From a virus (taxonomy: Duplodnaviria; Caudoviricetes), in IMG/VR virus record IMGVR_UViG_3300025357_000908, positions 1 to 64,000 of that record: DNA of 64,000 bases. One strand, written 5' to 3'. Position 1 is the first letter of the stretch, and each line of letters opens with the position of its first letter. Under the pieces are notes generated by a model, which did not search any database, was not told the origin of the DNA, and saw only the letters and a list, made by a program, of their open reading frames with translations. Positions 38,806-47,015 of this stretch are shown here, one piece after another. The position numbers were made by a program, and so were the translations under genes.

Positions 38806-39821
38806 TTACATTTAACCTGAGAGTAGTACAATAGACCTTTCATACCGCAATAGGTATGTTTGTTTATAAATTCCGGGTTTATTTCATCTTTCTTAGTGTG
38901 CACACACAACTCATTTAAATCTTTAAATTTGTTAAGTTCCTTAGGCCAAATAAACACACATTGATCTGCTTCAAGTAATTCTTTAGTTATCTTGTGTGAT
39001 GTCTTATCTCTCCATTGATTATCTAAAACATATACTATCTTATGAAACGGAAACTTAGTGGTTATAGTATTTAACTGCTCTTCAGTGGGATGTATACCTG
39101 CTAAAGCTACACTATTACGTAAGAACATAGCATCAATAGGTCCCTCTTGTAGATAAATGTAATCAATATCAGAAGTAACTTTATCTAAGTTAAATATTCC
39201 TTTTTCACTATTAGCTTTAGATAGATACTTTGCTCTGTCTTCATCTACCTTATATAATGCTCTGGATTGATAGTGCTCTACCTTAGCATTACTATCTGCT
39301 GAATAAAAAGGAAATATAACTCTATTTTTGTGCGTATAATCTGTTAGACTTAACCAAAGCGCTCTCGGTTTATTAATAGCGGTGTCAAGTCGTCTATTAG
39401 TTATAAACGCTAAAGCATCCTGTATTACTTGGTTTTCTTTATAAAACGATACTTGATTGGTGTCGTACAAATTAATACTATCGTCCGGTAAACTCTTGGG
39501 GTTATATTTTTTATATGTTGCTGATTTTTTAATAATATCTTCTACAGTTTCAGCATGTGTTTCAGATTCGGATAATATCTCAGTTAAAGACATACCTGTT
39601 CTGTCTTTAACAAAGTCTATGCCGCTTTTACTTTCATTACAGTTATGACAGTATAGATGATCTTCTTCTGGAATATAAAAGAATCTACGCTTTCTACCTG
39701 CACTCTTGCCTTCATGGCAGTATGGGCACTCTCCTGCATACGTACCGGTACTTTTCTTAAATACTGGTCTTTTACAGTATTGAAAGAATGTACGAATAAC
39801 TAAATTTTGAGAAATTTGCAC
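38802..39821 (-). CDS. gp61: DNA primase, gp61-like
   Basis: CPYC...CHNC zinc finger, EGPIDAMF, LDN TOPRIM motif, KDLNE; start uncertain (GTG 39821 or upstream). Confidence 0.9.
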   Translation of the reverse strand: MQISQNLVIRTFFQYCKRPVFKKSTGTYAGECPYCHEGKSAGRKRRFFYIPEEDHLYCHNCNESKSGIDFVKDRTGMSLTEILSESETHAETVEDIIKKSATYKKYNPKSLPDDSINLYDTNQVSFYKENQVIQDALAFITNRRLDTAINKPRALWLSLTDYTHKNRVIFPFYSADSNAKVEHYQSRALYKVDEDRAKYLSKANSEKGIFNLDKVTSDIDYIYLQEGPIDAMFLRNSVALAGIHPTEEQLNTITTKFPFHKIVYVLDNQWRDKTSHKITKELLEADQCVFIWPKELNKFKDLNELCVHTKKDEINPEFINKHTYCGMKGLLYYSQVKCN

Positions 39822-39840
39822 GGTAGAGTAATTATATGTT

Positions 39841-40296
39841 ATGGGCACCGCTAAAAATAGCAAATATATTCAAGGAATTTATAACCCTATAAACAAAGAA
39901 AAGTATATAGGTAACACAAATCCTTCATATAGATCTCTACTTGAGCGGAAGTTTTTCTACTACTTTGATACTAACCCGAACGTTACCGCGTGGGCAAGTG
40001 AGTCAATTGTAGTTCCTTATTATAACGACGTTGATAAAAAAGTACACAAGTATTATGTAGATTTAGTTGCAGCTATTAAAGATGATAATGGTAATGTACA
40101 AAAGTACTTGATAGAGGTTAAACCACACACTCAAACACAACCCCCAGTACCTTCTGATAGGAAAAAATCGAGTACAGTGTTATACGAGAATTTAATGTAC
40201 CATCAAAATCAGTGCAAATGGAAAGCCGCGAGTGATTACGCGGCTAAGAAAGATATGAAGTTTGTTGTACTGACCGAAAAGTTTTTAGGTAATTAA
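39841..40296 (+). CDS. gp4: Head completion nuclease, gp4-like (TnsA-N fold)
   Basis: YRSLLE, WASE, YYVD, LIEVKP, NQCKW.AA, LTEK. Confidence 0.88.
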   Translation: MGTAKNSKYIQGIYNPINKEKYIGNTNPSYRSLLERKFFYYFDTNPNVTAWASESIVVPYYNDVDKKVHKYYVDLVAAIKDDNGNVQKYLIEVKPHTQTQPPVPSDRKKSSTVLYENLMYHQNQCKWKAASDYAAKKDMKFVVLTEKFLGN

Positions 40297-40928
40297 TCAG
40301 ATTCTACTGCATCTGTTTCATCAGCATCGTAAGGGCTCTTTTTCATTGCCTTTACATAATGTGAAACATAAGGATCAGCTTCTACTTCGTCTTCATCTTC
40401 GTCTTTATCTACTTTAGGGGCAACTTCAGCTGCTTTACGTTTTGCAGCTAAAATACGATCGCGTTCAGCTTTTGGCTTCATGAAAAACTTACGCAAACGA
40501 GCCATCTTAGCAGCTTTTTCAGCTTCAGGATCAAATTCGGGTTCAACTTCACTTGGTTCTTCACCTTTTGCTAAAGCTACCATGCCCACTACATCCTTAA
40601 GACTACCTTCAAATGGTGTTTCGCCTGGTAATGTGTTTTTGAGATGTTTATATATTTCTTCTGGAGATAGGCCTTGAGATACTAATTGATCAACAACTTC
40701 TTGTTTACGTGGATCAATCTCTGTAGGTGTATGTTGTACAACAGGTGCAGCTGCTGGTGTAGTGCCACCTCTTGTGGATTTCTTAAAGTGATAATATGCA
40801 CTTGGACCTTTAGCTAATTCAGGATTAGCTGCTTTCCAATCAGCAAAAGAAGCATTAGGGTTACGACCTTCTGTTTCTTCAGAGGTAATAGATTCGTTAA
40901 TTACGTTTGCAAGCTTGTTGAAATTCAT
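40293..40928 (-). CDS. Hypothetical late protein (candidate internal head protein)
   Basis: TAAGTA upstream; MNFNKLANVINE N-terminus. Confidence 0.65.
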   Translation of the reverse strand: MNFNKLANVINESITSEETEGRNPNASFADWKAANPELAKGPSAYYHFKKSTRGGTTPAAAPVVQHTPTEIDPRKQEVVDQLVSQGLSPEEIYKHLKNTLPGETPFEGSLKDVVGMVALAKGEEPSEVEPEFDPEAEKAAKMARLRKFFMKPKAERDRILAAKRKAAEVAPKVDKDEDEDEVEADPYVSHYVKAMKKSPYDADETDAVESD

Positions 40929-40967
40929 ACGATTAATATGATTACTTACACAAATTAAGGCAAGTTT

Positions 40968-41678
40968 TTATTTCATTTTTTTCATTGGCTCAATTAAGTT
41001 CTTTTCCAGTAATTCTTTTTGTAAGAAATCCGAAACAATAGACTCATTTTCACCAAACATATCACCTTTATCGTTAATATAAAGGTTTATCATTGCAATA
41101 CGCTCTTGTCTACTACCAAAAATAGGGATAATAGGTGGGCAATCATCATGATTAAAGAAACGTGTTCCTGTACCTTTTTCCCACGCTTTATAAATACCTT
41201 CAAATATATGGCCTATTTCAGAACGATAAACAGGGTCAATGTCTCTGTTGGGTGCAGCGGTTAACAACACGTCGTTTTCTTTACAGAAAGGTAGATAGAA
41301 TATAACTGAATATGAACTCATAGCGTTACGAACAAGAGTTACACACTTGTTAATAAACGCTTCATCGATACCACCTAAACCCTTATCAAACAGCCAAAGT
41401 GAATACACTAAATTATCTAATGGTGTACGGTCAAATACCATTTTTTTCTTACCATAGTTTTCCATTGCTTCATCAATAAGAAAATTAAGTATTGTTTCTT
41501 GAGATTCCTTTGTAGCATCCTTATTCAAAGGAAGATTCTTTTCTTTTACTAAGTCTCTATAAGTCTTGCTTGGAGACTGAAACATTGGCCATTTTTCTTT
41601 AAAATCTGCAATAAGTGTAGATTTGCCTACACATTGTGTACCGATAATGCCAACTTTTTTAAGTTTTGAGGTGCTCAT
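40968..41678 (-). CDS. P-loop nucleotide kinase-like protein (AAA_28/NMP kinase)
   Basis: GTQCVGKST, DRTPLD...Y. Confidence 0.75.
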   Translation of the reverse strand: MSTSKLKKVGIIGTQCVGKSTLIADFKEKWPMFQSPSKTYRDLVKEKNLPLNKDATKESQETILNFLIDEAMENYGKKKMVFDRTPLDNLVYSLWLFDKGLGGIDEAFINKCVTLVRNAMSSYSVIFYLPFCKENDVLLTAAPNRDIDPVYRSEIGHIFEGIYKAWEKGTGTRFFNHDDCPPIIPIFGSRQERIAMINLYINDKGDMFGENESIVSDFLQKELLEKNLIEPMKKMK

Positions 41679-41715
41679 TTATTAGAATTTACGCTTTTTA
41701 GTGATATTAGCAACC

Positions 41716-41943
41716 TCATTCATCATCTTCAGGTGGTTGACCGGTTTCAACATCTACCCAATCAAGAACGCAATTGTCAGGTGGGTTGTAACCTATAGCT
41801 TTAACAAAAGCGTTAAACTGCTCTGTTAATTCCTGTAAGTCGGCTTGACCGTCAAATATAATTTCAATTTTACGAGGCACACTGACATTAATATCGTCAT
41901 TAGTATGCTCTAACGTATATGTGAATTTTACTTCTTGCTTCAT
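41716..41943 (-). CDS. Hypothetical protein
   Basis: In-operon ORF; F..FVKAIGY motif common in small phage proteins. Confidence 0.7.
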   Translation of the reverse strand: MKQEVKFTYTLEHTNDDINVSVPRKIEIIFDGQADLQELTEQFNAFVKAIGYNPPDNCVLDWVDVETGQPPEDDE

Positions 41944-42101
41944 ACTACCTCCTCTGCAATACCGAGTAGTTCAGCAAATATTAATAAAGCACCTGCTGAA
42001 GCCATATAGCCTATAAAAAGAGCACCACCAGCAGCAATACGAAAGATGCTTTTAATTAAGCTAATATAAAAATGAGTTTTAGGGTCTGGATTGTAGCTCA
42101 T
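41940..42101 (-). CDS. Small membrane protein
   Basis: HFYISLIKS.FRI...AELLGIAEE, two hydrophobic segments. Confidence 0.65.
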   Translation of the reverse strand: MSYNPDPKTHFYISLIKSIFRIAAGGALFIGYMASAGALLIFAELLGIAEEVV

Positions 42102-42105
42102 AATA

Positions 42106-42909
42106 TTATACCTTGAGTGCACGATCCCAGACCTGCAAGTGTAATCTATTAGAAAATTTAAAATTATACTTCTTGCACAGTTCAGCTACTACAGGCCCTA
42201 CTTCTAATAATTCTTTACGACTACCACAGCAAGGCATAATCCAAACCTGCTCTGAACGCAAACCAATGTCTGGGTTGTTGAGATAATTTTCTAACACTTC
42301 ATTTAAATCTGACTCTTGACGAGCTACAAACTTAAAGCAGGCGTCGTTTTCAACTAAGAAACGCAGTACTTCCGGTTTAAACCGCTTATCCGCCGGATCC
42401 CCGTTACTTGATAACTTAGGAGATGTAGTAAACGTTATAGTAACCCCTAATAAGAACCACTCTGGATCAGGCATTAGTGTTCCGTTAGTTTCAAAATCAA
42501 TATGTAATAAAGGCTTACCGATATCTTCTTTAGTAAGAGTTCTACTGTAATTAGCAAACCCCCAACGGTCTCTAATAAACTTAACAAATTCAATTAAGTT
42601 CTTTTGCTGAATGAAAGGCTCACCACCGGTAATCTTAAGTAAAGCACCCTGTCTTAAATTTTCATCATAGCCGTTCTTTTCATAGAATTGAGCTATTTCC
42701 TCAAAAGACATTTTGTTCTTTTTAGACCAGCTCACATATGAATCACATCCGAACGGTGCATCTTCACTCTTAAAACCTATACAAGTGAGATTACACATAG
42801 ACAATCTCATAAACACTGAAGGATAACCAATATAACGGCCTTCACCTTCTAATGTATAGAATACAAAGTCGTCTGATAGAAATAAAGTTTTATTAGGATC
42901 GATTGACAT
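42106..42909 (-). CDS. queE: 7-carboxy-7-deazaguanine synthase (radical SAM)
   Basis: EGEG...G..SVF.R...CNL.C...CDS, TGGEP, ETNGT, SPK, RLH..W. Confidence 0.93.
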   Translation of the reverse strand: MSIDPNKTLFLSDDFVFYTLEGEGRYIGYPSVFMRLSMCNLTCIGFKSEDAPFGCDSYVSWSKKNKMSFEEIAQFYEKNGYDENLRQGALLKITGGEPFIQQKNLIEFVKFIRDRWGFANYSRTLTKEDIGKPLLHIDFETNGTLMPDPEWFLLGVTITFTTSPKLSSNGDPADKRFKPEVLRFLVENDACFKFVARQESDLNEVLENYLNNPDIGLRSEQVWIMPCCGSRKELLEVGPVVAELCKKYNFKFSNRLHLQVWDRALKV

Positions 42910-42930
42910 ACGTTATTATATTATATAAGA

Positions 42931-43395
42931 TTAGCTTTTCCACTCACCGTCATGAATAGTTTCAAATATAGCACTATTGCCTTCATGCTCCCATACTTCT
43001 ACTTTAGAGCACCAACAACGACCTAAAGTTAGGTCGTCTACAAATTCATTTGCTGCTTTATGACAATATTCAGCAAACTTCTCAATACCAACACCATCTG
43101 GCATTATACGTAAATCTATAATTTCTTTCTTATTGAGTAATTGGAATGTCTGCAATTCAGGGTCTTTTTCCCACACAACAGTGGTATGATCAAACTGTTC
43201 CTCTAATGCTGTTTTTAATTGTTTGAGAGCGCCAAAATCCACTACCCAATTATTATCATCTAATTTATTACACTCAAACCAGAACTTGGCTTGTAACCTG
43301 TAACCATGAATAAAATGACAGTGACTATTTGCAAAAGGTTGACGGAATGCACACGAACCTAATGGTATAACTTTAGTAGAAGTGTATTTTGACAT
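42931..43395 (-). CDS. queD: 6-carboxy-5,6,7,8-tetrahydropterin synthase
   Basis: HC..IHGY, WVVDFG, FDH, E.FA, VWE. Confidence 0.9.
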   Translation of the reverse strand: MSKYTSTKVIPLGSCAFRQPFANSHCHFIHGYRLQAKFWFECNKLDDNNWVVDFGALKQLKTALEEQFDHTTVVWEKDPELQTFQLLNKKEIIDLRIMPDGVGIEKFAEYCHKAANEFVDDLTLGRCWCSKVEVWEHEGNSAIFETIHDGEWKS

Positions 43396-43401
43396 AACTT
43401 C

Positions 43402-43429
43402 ATATTATAATAAAAAAACTATTAATCAA
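43402..43429 (-). promoter_or_regulatory. sigma70-like promoter of queD-queE
   Basis: TTGATT-N16-TAATAT. Confidence 0.62.
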
Positions 43430-43775
43430 GCTTTTCTAAATGATTTTGTACCCATTTTAAAAGAATCTCTTCGCTTATATCATCAGGAGCACACATCATT
43501 GCATTATTATCTGCATCGTTAGTATCAAACAGACTTCTTTGTAATGTGCGTTTTTCTTCTTTTTCATCAATTCTAAAATAAATAAAAGCTCTTTTATCTT
43601 TAATAACAGACTTGCCCGCTAACACAAAATACATACAATTTACCTTACACCATGTACCAAGTTCGTAATATTGCAATAAGTTTATGAAATCATTACGGTT
43701 TTTATCTGTTTTAAAATAGATAAAAATTGGTAAGTCAGTACTACTGTATGTTTTATCGCGATACTTTATATACAC
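43422..43775 (-). CDS. Hypothetical protein
   Basis: ORF only. Confidence 0.55.
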   Translation of the reverse strand: MYIKYRDKTYSSTDLPIFIYFKTDKNRNDFINLLQYYELGTWCKVNCMYFVLAGKSVIKDKRAFIYFRIDEKEEKRTLQRSLFDTNDADNNAMMCAPDDISEEILLKWVQNHLEKLD

Positions 43776-43794
43776 TTTATTATGGCATATTTAT

Positions 43795-43802
43795 TATAAA
43801 TA
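43795..43802 (+). promoter_or_regulatory. Canonical T4-type late promoter TATAAATA
   Basis: Exact T4 gp55 consensus 6 nt before the lysozyme ATG. Confidence 0.7.
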
Positions 43803-43808
43803 TAACTA

Positions 43809-44423
43809 ATGCAATCGGTAAAGCATAATAACCAAATAAATATAAAAGAAGCCATGGATGTACCTCCACCCCCACCTACCATCCATTTTAATGAACCCAC
43901 CGCAATTGTACACAAAGTAAACAAACCGGCTGCTGACTTTAAGTCTTTTTATCAGGCAAGCTTTATGCCAACACCTGATTTTATTAATTATATTAAAAGT
44001 GTTGAAAACAGTACACATACCGGGTTTAAGCACGGTTTATGGCATCCGCATAAAAGTGTAGAGGGTGGGACGGATACTATTGCATATGGTCACAAATTAC
44101 ATGCTGGTGATAATTTCAGTAAAGGGCTTGCAGACGAAGAAGCAACTAAGCTTTTAATTAAAGATATAATGAAAGCTTCAGAAACAGCTAAACATATTGT
44201 TAACAAAACTTATGGTGCTGGTGTCTTTGAAAATTTACCTAATAAGAGCAAAGAGATGTTAATAGATTTTGCGTTTAACGGAGTTATCAATAAGTTTCCG
44301 CAGTTTATAGACGGGGTAATTAATAATGACACCGAAACAATGATGGCACAATACAAGCGCCACTCTAACGGTAAGGAATTAACCGGCCGCAATCATGCTT
44401 TCGCTAACCGGTACTTTAATTAA
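43809..44423 (+). CDS. Lysozyme-like muramidase (GH24/T4 e-like)
   Basis: IKSVE...TIAYGHKL, LL.KD, LIDFAFNG...FP.F, R. Confidence 0.75.
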   Translation: MQSVKHNNQINIKEAMDVPPPPPTIHFNEPTAIVHKVNKPAADFKSFYQASFMPTPDFINYIKSVENSTHTGFKHGLWHPHKSVEGGTDTIAYGHKLHAGDNFSKGLADEEATKLLIKDIMKASETAKHIVNKTYGAGVFENLPNKSKEMLIDFAFNGVINKFPQFIDGVINNDTETMMAQYKRHSNGKELTGRNHAFANRYFN

Positions 44424-44761
44424 AGTCCTTCTACGATCTGCTTAATACGGTCCGCTACTTGATCAGCGTTATCCTTAGTAACGTGTGTCTCAAATATAGA
44501 CTTATCTTGTTCACTGATTGTTGAAGAATCTACCGCTAATGCCTTAAGAGCAAGCTCTACTAAAAACACTTTACCCTCTGGTGTCATTGGTTGGGCTTCT
44601 TGCTGCTCCGGAGTAGCAGGGGCCTGTGCTTGAGCAGGAGCAGGAGCAGCTGCCACGTTTTGATCTCCCTGCTGACCACCTGTTTGATCTAAGCCAGGTT
44701 GCTGATCGGCTTCTAAAAGATTAAAATAAAATTCGTTTAATTTTTGATTAAATTTGCTCAT
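44420..44761 (-). CDS. Hypothetical late protein (candidate internal head protein)
   Basis: MSKFNQKL...NLLE then a low-complexity linker. Confidence 0.65.
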   Translation of the reverse strand: MSKFNQKLNEFYFNLLEADQQPGLDQTGGQQGDQNVAAAPAPAQAQAPATPEQQEAQPMTPEGKVFLVELALKALAVDSSTISEQDKSIFETHVTKDNADQVADRIKQIVEGL

Positions 44762-45135
44762 GGTTGTTTCATTATTGCTTGAGCTTGTTGTAACTTTGCA
44801 TTAGCTGCAGCAAGTGCAGCCGTAGCAGCAGCTTTTTGTGCTGGGTCTTGTGTATTAGCTTGACTCTTAAGTTGGCCCATTTGACTGTTAATTGAATTAA
44901 TATCTTGTTGAGCTTGTACTTTTTGTTTTTTCTTTAAATCAGCCGTATCTTTGTTAACCTTGTCTTGTGCTTGTGCTAAAGCTGGGTTTGGAGCAGAAGT
45001 TGGTGCAACCGGCGCGGTACCAGCTAATGCTCCAGGATTTGCTCCATCTTCAGTTGCAAGACCGCTTTTATTAAATTTTGCTACAACAGCTAAAAATTTA
45101 CTTTTAGTTTTAAACTTCTCGTATAACGTTTCCAT
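44758..45135 (-). CDS. Hypothetical Ala/Gln-rich late protein
   Basis: TAAGTA 6 nt upstream. Confidence 0.65.
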   Translation of the reverse strand: METLYEKFKTKSKFLAVVAKFNKSGLATEDGANPGALAGTAPVAPTSAPNPALAQAQDKVNKDTADLKKKQKVQAQQDINSINSQMGQLKSQANTQDPAQKAAATAALAAANAKLQQAQAIMKQP

Positions 45136-45177
45136 TATTATTACTTACTGACTTACAACAAAAATAAAGAACTATAG

Positions 45178-45340
45178 TTGATTTTTCGTGGATTCATTTA
45201 ATATAATACCGAGGAGAGAAAAGACAGGGCATGTATAGATAGTAATCTATACGTTATGTTTGATATAAGGTTTTTTCTTGTTTATTTTTTAATAGGCTCG
45301 CTGCGCTCGCCTGATATATCATATATAATTATATATCTCC
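45178..45340. other. Largest non-coding stretch: orphan promoter, two hairpins and AT palindrome (candidate origin or ncRNA)
   Basis: TTGATT 45178, TATAAT 45202, hairpin 45233-45252, T-rich tract, GA-mismatch hairpin 45294-45312, palindrome 45321-45336. Confidence 0.4.
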
Positions 45341-45350
45341 CGGAAACTTG

Positions 45351-45833
45351 CTACTTGTATTGGTTTAGAAAATCCGGGTTTATTTTGCGTTTTTTAAGGT
45401 ATGTTACTAATTTCCGGTGGGAGTATTTGTTATGATCGAAATTAAAGCGGTAATTAGTTATACTGTTAATTACTTCAGTAGATTCCCCGGATTTGCTGTA
45501 TATACAATCATAGTCTATTGCATTGGTATGTACTATTAGATTTAATGCATTCGCTACGCTTTTAAAGTTAGATTTAATGTCTTTGTATGTATCTAACTTT
45601 TCGTTAATATAAAATATAATATTTTTTTTATGCTCTTTAAATTTTACCTGTATCTCAAGTACATGTTGTAATATATAATAAACTAACAGTCTGCTTGCAT
45701 CTTTTTTAGGTAAATCGTCAGCAAACACCCGAAACTCACTTCTCAACTTTGTTAGATAGCTGTTTTGTATATCTTCAGCTACACTTTCAAAGTCTACTAC
45801 TATCAAGTGAAGATCTGTCTGGTAATAACGCAT
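45351..45833 (-). CDS. Hypothetical protein (possibly a degenerate PIN/5'-nuclease N-domain)
   Basis: LIVVDF start followed by helices; weak. Confidence 0.45.
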   Translation of the reverse strand: MRYYQTDLHLIVVDFESVAEDIQNSYLTKLRSEFRVFADDLPKKDASRLLVYYILQHVLEIQVKFKEHKKNIIFYINEKLDTYKDIKSNFKSVANALNLIVHTNAIDYDCIYSKSGESTEVINSITNYRFNFDHNKYSHRKLVTYLKKRKINPDFLNQYK

Positions 45834-46284
45834 TACTGTTTATAGTAGTGCCAATTTCTTGTTGTGCAAGCTTTTTTAATAGTGCATCCGGTGCTCTACC
45901 TATACGACAGTTAATAATACCGTTGTAAAACCCTTCTTTTAATAATACATTATTATCGAACTGTATTTTAGCTTCATAGTATGCTAACTCAAACTTACTA
46001 TCACAAAAGCGTAGTATTTCAAATTTAAATTTGTCTTTACCGAGTGTTTCAATATCTTTATTAACATCATTTGACGATGATGTGTAGGTTTTCCAGTCGG
46101 TCTCTATATCAAAGTGTCTTTTGTTTTTTCTTCCTTTGAGAGGTTTGAGTTTTTTGACGCTTTTAATTTGTTTTTTTCCAAAATATACCCGACCGTTAAC
46201 GGTGTTAGTAATGCGGTATATAAAACCGTAAGGTAGATTATTGCTATCAAAACTCTCATTAGTAGTCCAATGCCCTAAGTCCAT
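45787..46284 (-). CDS. GIY-YIG-family nuclease-like protein
   Basis: GFIYRITN...YFGKK, WKTY.SS, FEIL, YYE, YN. Confidence 0.8.
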   Translation of the reverse strand: MDLGHWTTNESFDSNNLPYGFIYRITNTVNGRVYFGKKQIKSVKKLKPLKGRKNKRHFDIETDWKTYTSSSNDVNKDIETLGKDKFKFEILRFCDSKFELAYYEAKIQFDNNVLLKEGFYNGIINCRIGRAPDALLKKLAQQEIGTTINSNALLPDRSSLDSSRL

Positions 46285-46297
46285 TTAAGTTGACTTA

Positions 46298-46570
46298 TTA
46301 CAAACCTGGCGGAGTTCTACGGATGACCTTAAACTTGGATTTAAAGCCTGGATTGTTTTTAGGGGCTTTAAATTTAGATTTTCTCTTTTTAGGTGCTTGA
46401 TTACCCCAAATATTACGTGCATCTCCGGGGGCATAAAAATCACCCGACTGACCGGTATTTGCTGGATGAGCTTGCCCGGAACCGAAAGCTGTACCGGTAG
46501 TAACACCTGCACCAGCAGCTGCTCCCATATCTTCTAAAATTTCTTGTATCTTTTTATTAAATTTTTTCAC
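46298..46570 (-). CDS. Small late protein, basic C-terminus (candidate internal head protein)
   Basis: GTG start, MKKFNKKIQEILE, YAPGDAR motif; TAAGTA at 46597-46602. Confidence 0.6.
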   Translation of the reverse strand: MKKFNKKIQEILEDMGAAAGAGVTTGTAFGSGQAHPANTGQSGDFYAPGDARNIWGNQAPKKRKSKFKAPKNNPGFKSKFKVIRRTPPGL

Positions 46571-46572
46571 GG

Positions 46573-46600
46573 TTGATTATATTAAGAATTATAATATACT
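46573..46600 (+). promoter_or_regulatory. sigma70-like promoter of the uvsY operon
   Basis: TTGATT-N16-TATACT. Confidence 0.65.
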
Positions 46601-46613
46601 TATGTTGTTTATT

Positions 46614-47015
46614 ATGGACTTACCTGATTTAGATACACTATTTAATAATTACCAAACTGAAATCGTTCAGGATATACAGGTAGATGAACTATCCCTTAAG
46701 GATAAAGCAATGCTTGTACCTACTATTAAACATAAATGGGTAGCTCGAATGATGCAACACAAAGCACAACTACGTAAGTTCCAAGCAAAGAAAAAAGAAC
46801 TTATTAAGAACACCGCAAATGCGAGTCCTGTTTCAATGAGTAAAACTGCCTTAGAACAACTTTCTCAAAATAACCCAAATATAGTACAGTTAACCGAGTA
46901 TATTGAAAAATTAGAAGGTATTATTGAATACCTTGAAAAAGTAGAAAAGCTAACCAGCTCGTTAACATACGATTGTAAGAACGTAATTGATCTACAAAAG
47001 CTTGAAACAACCTAA
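46614..47015 (+). CDS. uvsY: Recombination mediator UvsY-like
   Basis: Helical 133 aa, D..ID/VD...P..KHKW, KN.ID..K; directly before uvsW. Confidence 0.72.
   Translation: MDLPDLDTLFNNYQTEIVQDIQVDELSLKDKAMLVPTIKHKWVARMMQHKAQLRKFQAKKKELIKNTANASPVSMSKTALEQLSQNNPNIVQLTEYIEKLEGIIEYLEKVEKLTSSLTYDCKNVIDLQKLETT

Noticed and set aside
45297-45309. CTCGCTGCGCTCG resemblance to ColE1-type vector sequence
   Set aside because: Only about 13 nt with unrelated flanks; not contamination. Retained only as a hairpin observation
45256-45435. About 59-aa plus-strand ORF behind the orphan promoter
   Set aside because: Low-complexity hydrophobic read-through of T-rich DNA, overlapping an opposite-strand gene
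45787-46284. GIY-YIG ORF as a mobile homing endonuclease or intron ORF
   Set aside because: Short, no obvious C-terminal DNA-binding domain, interrupts no gene, no intron features seen
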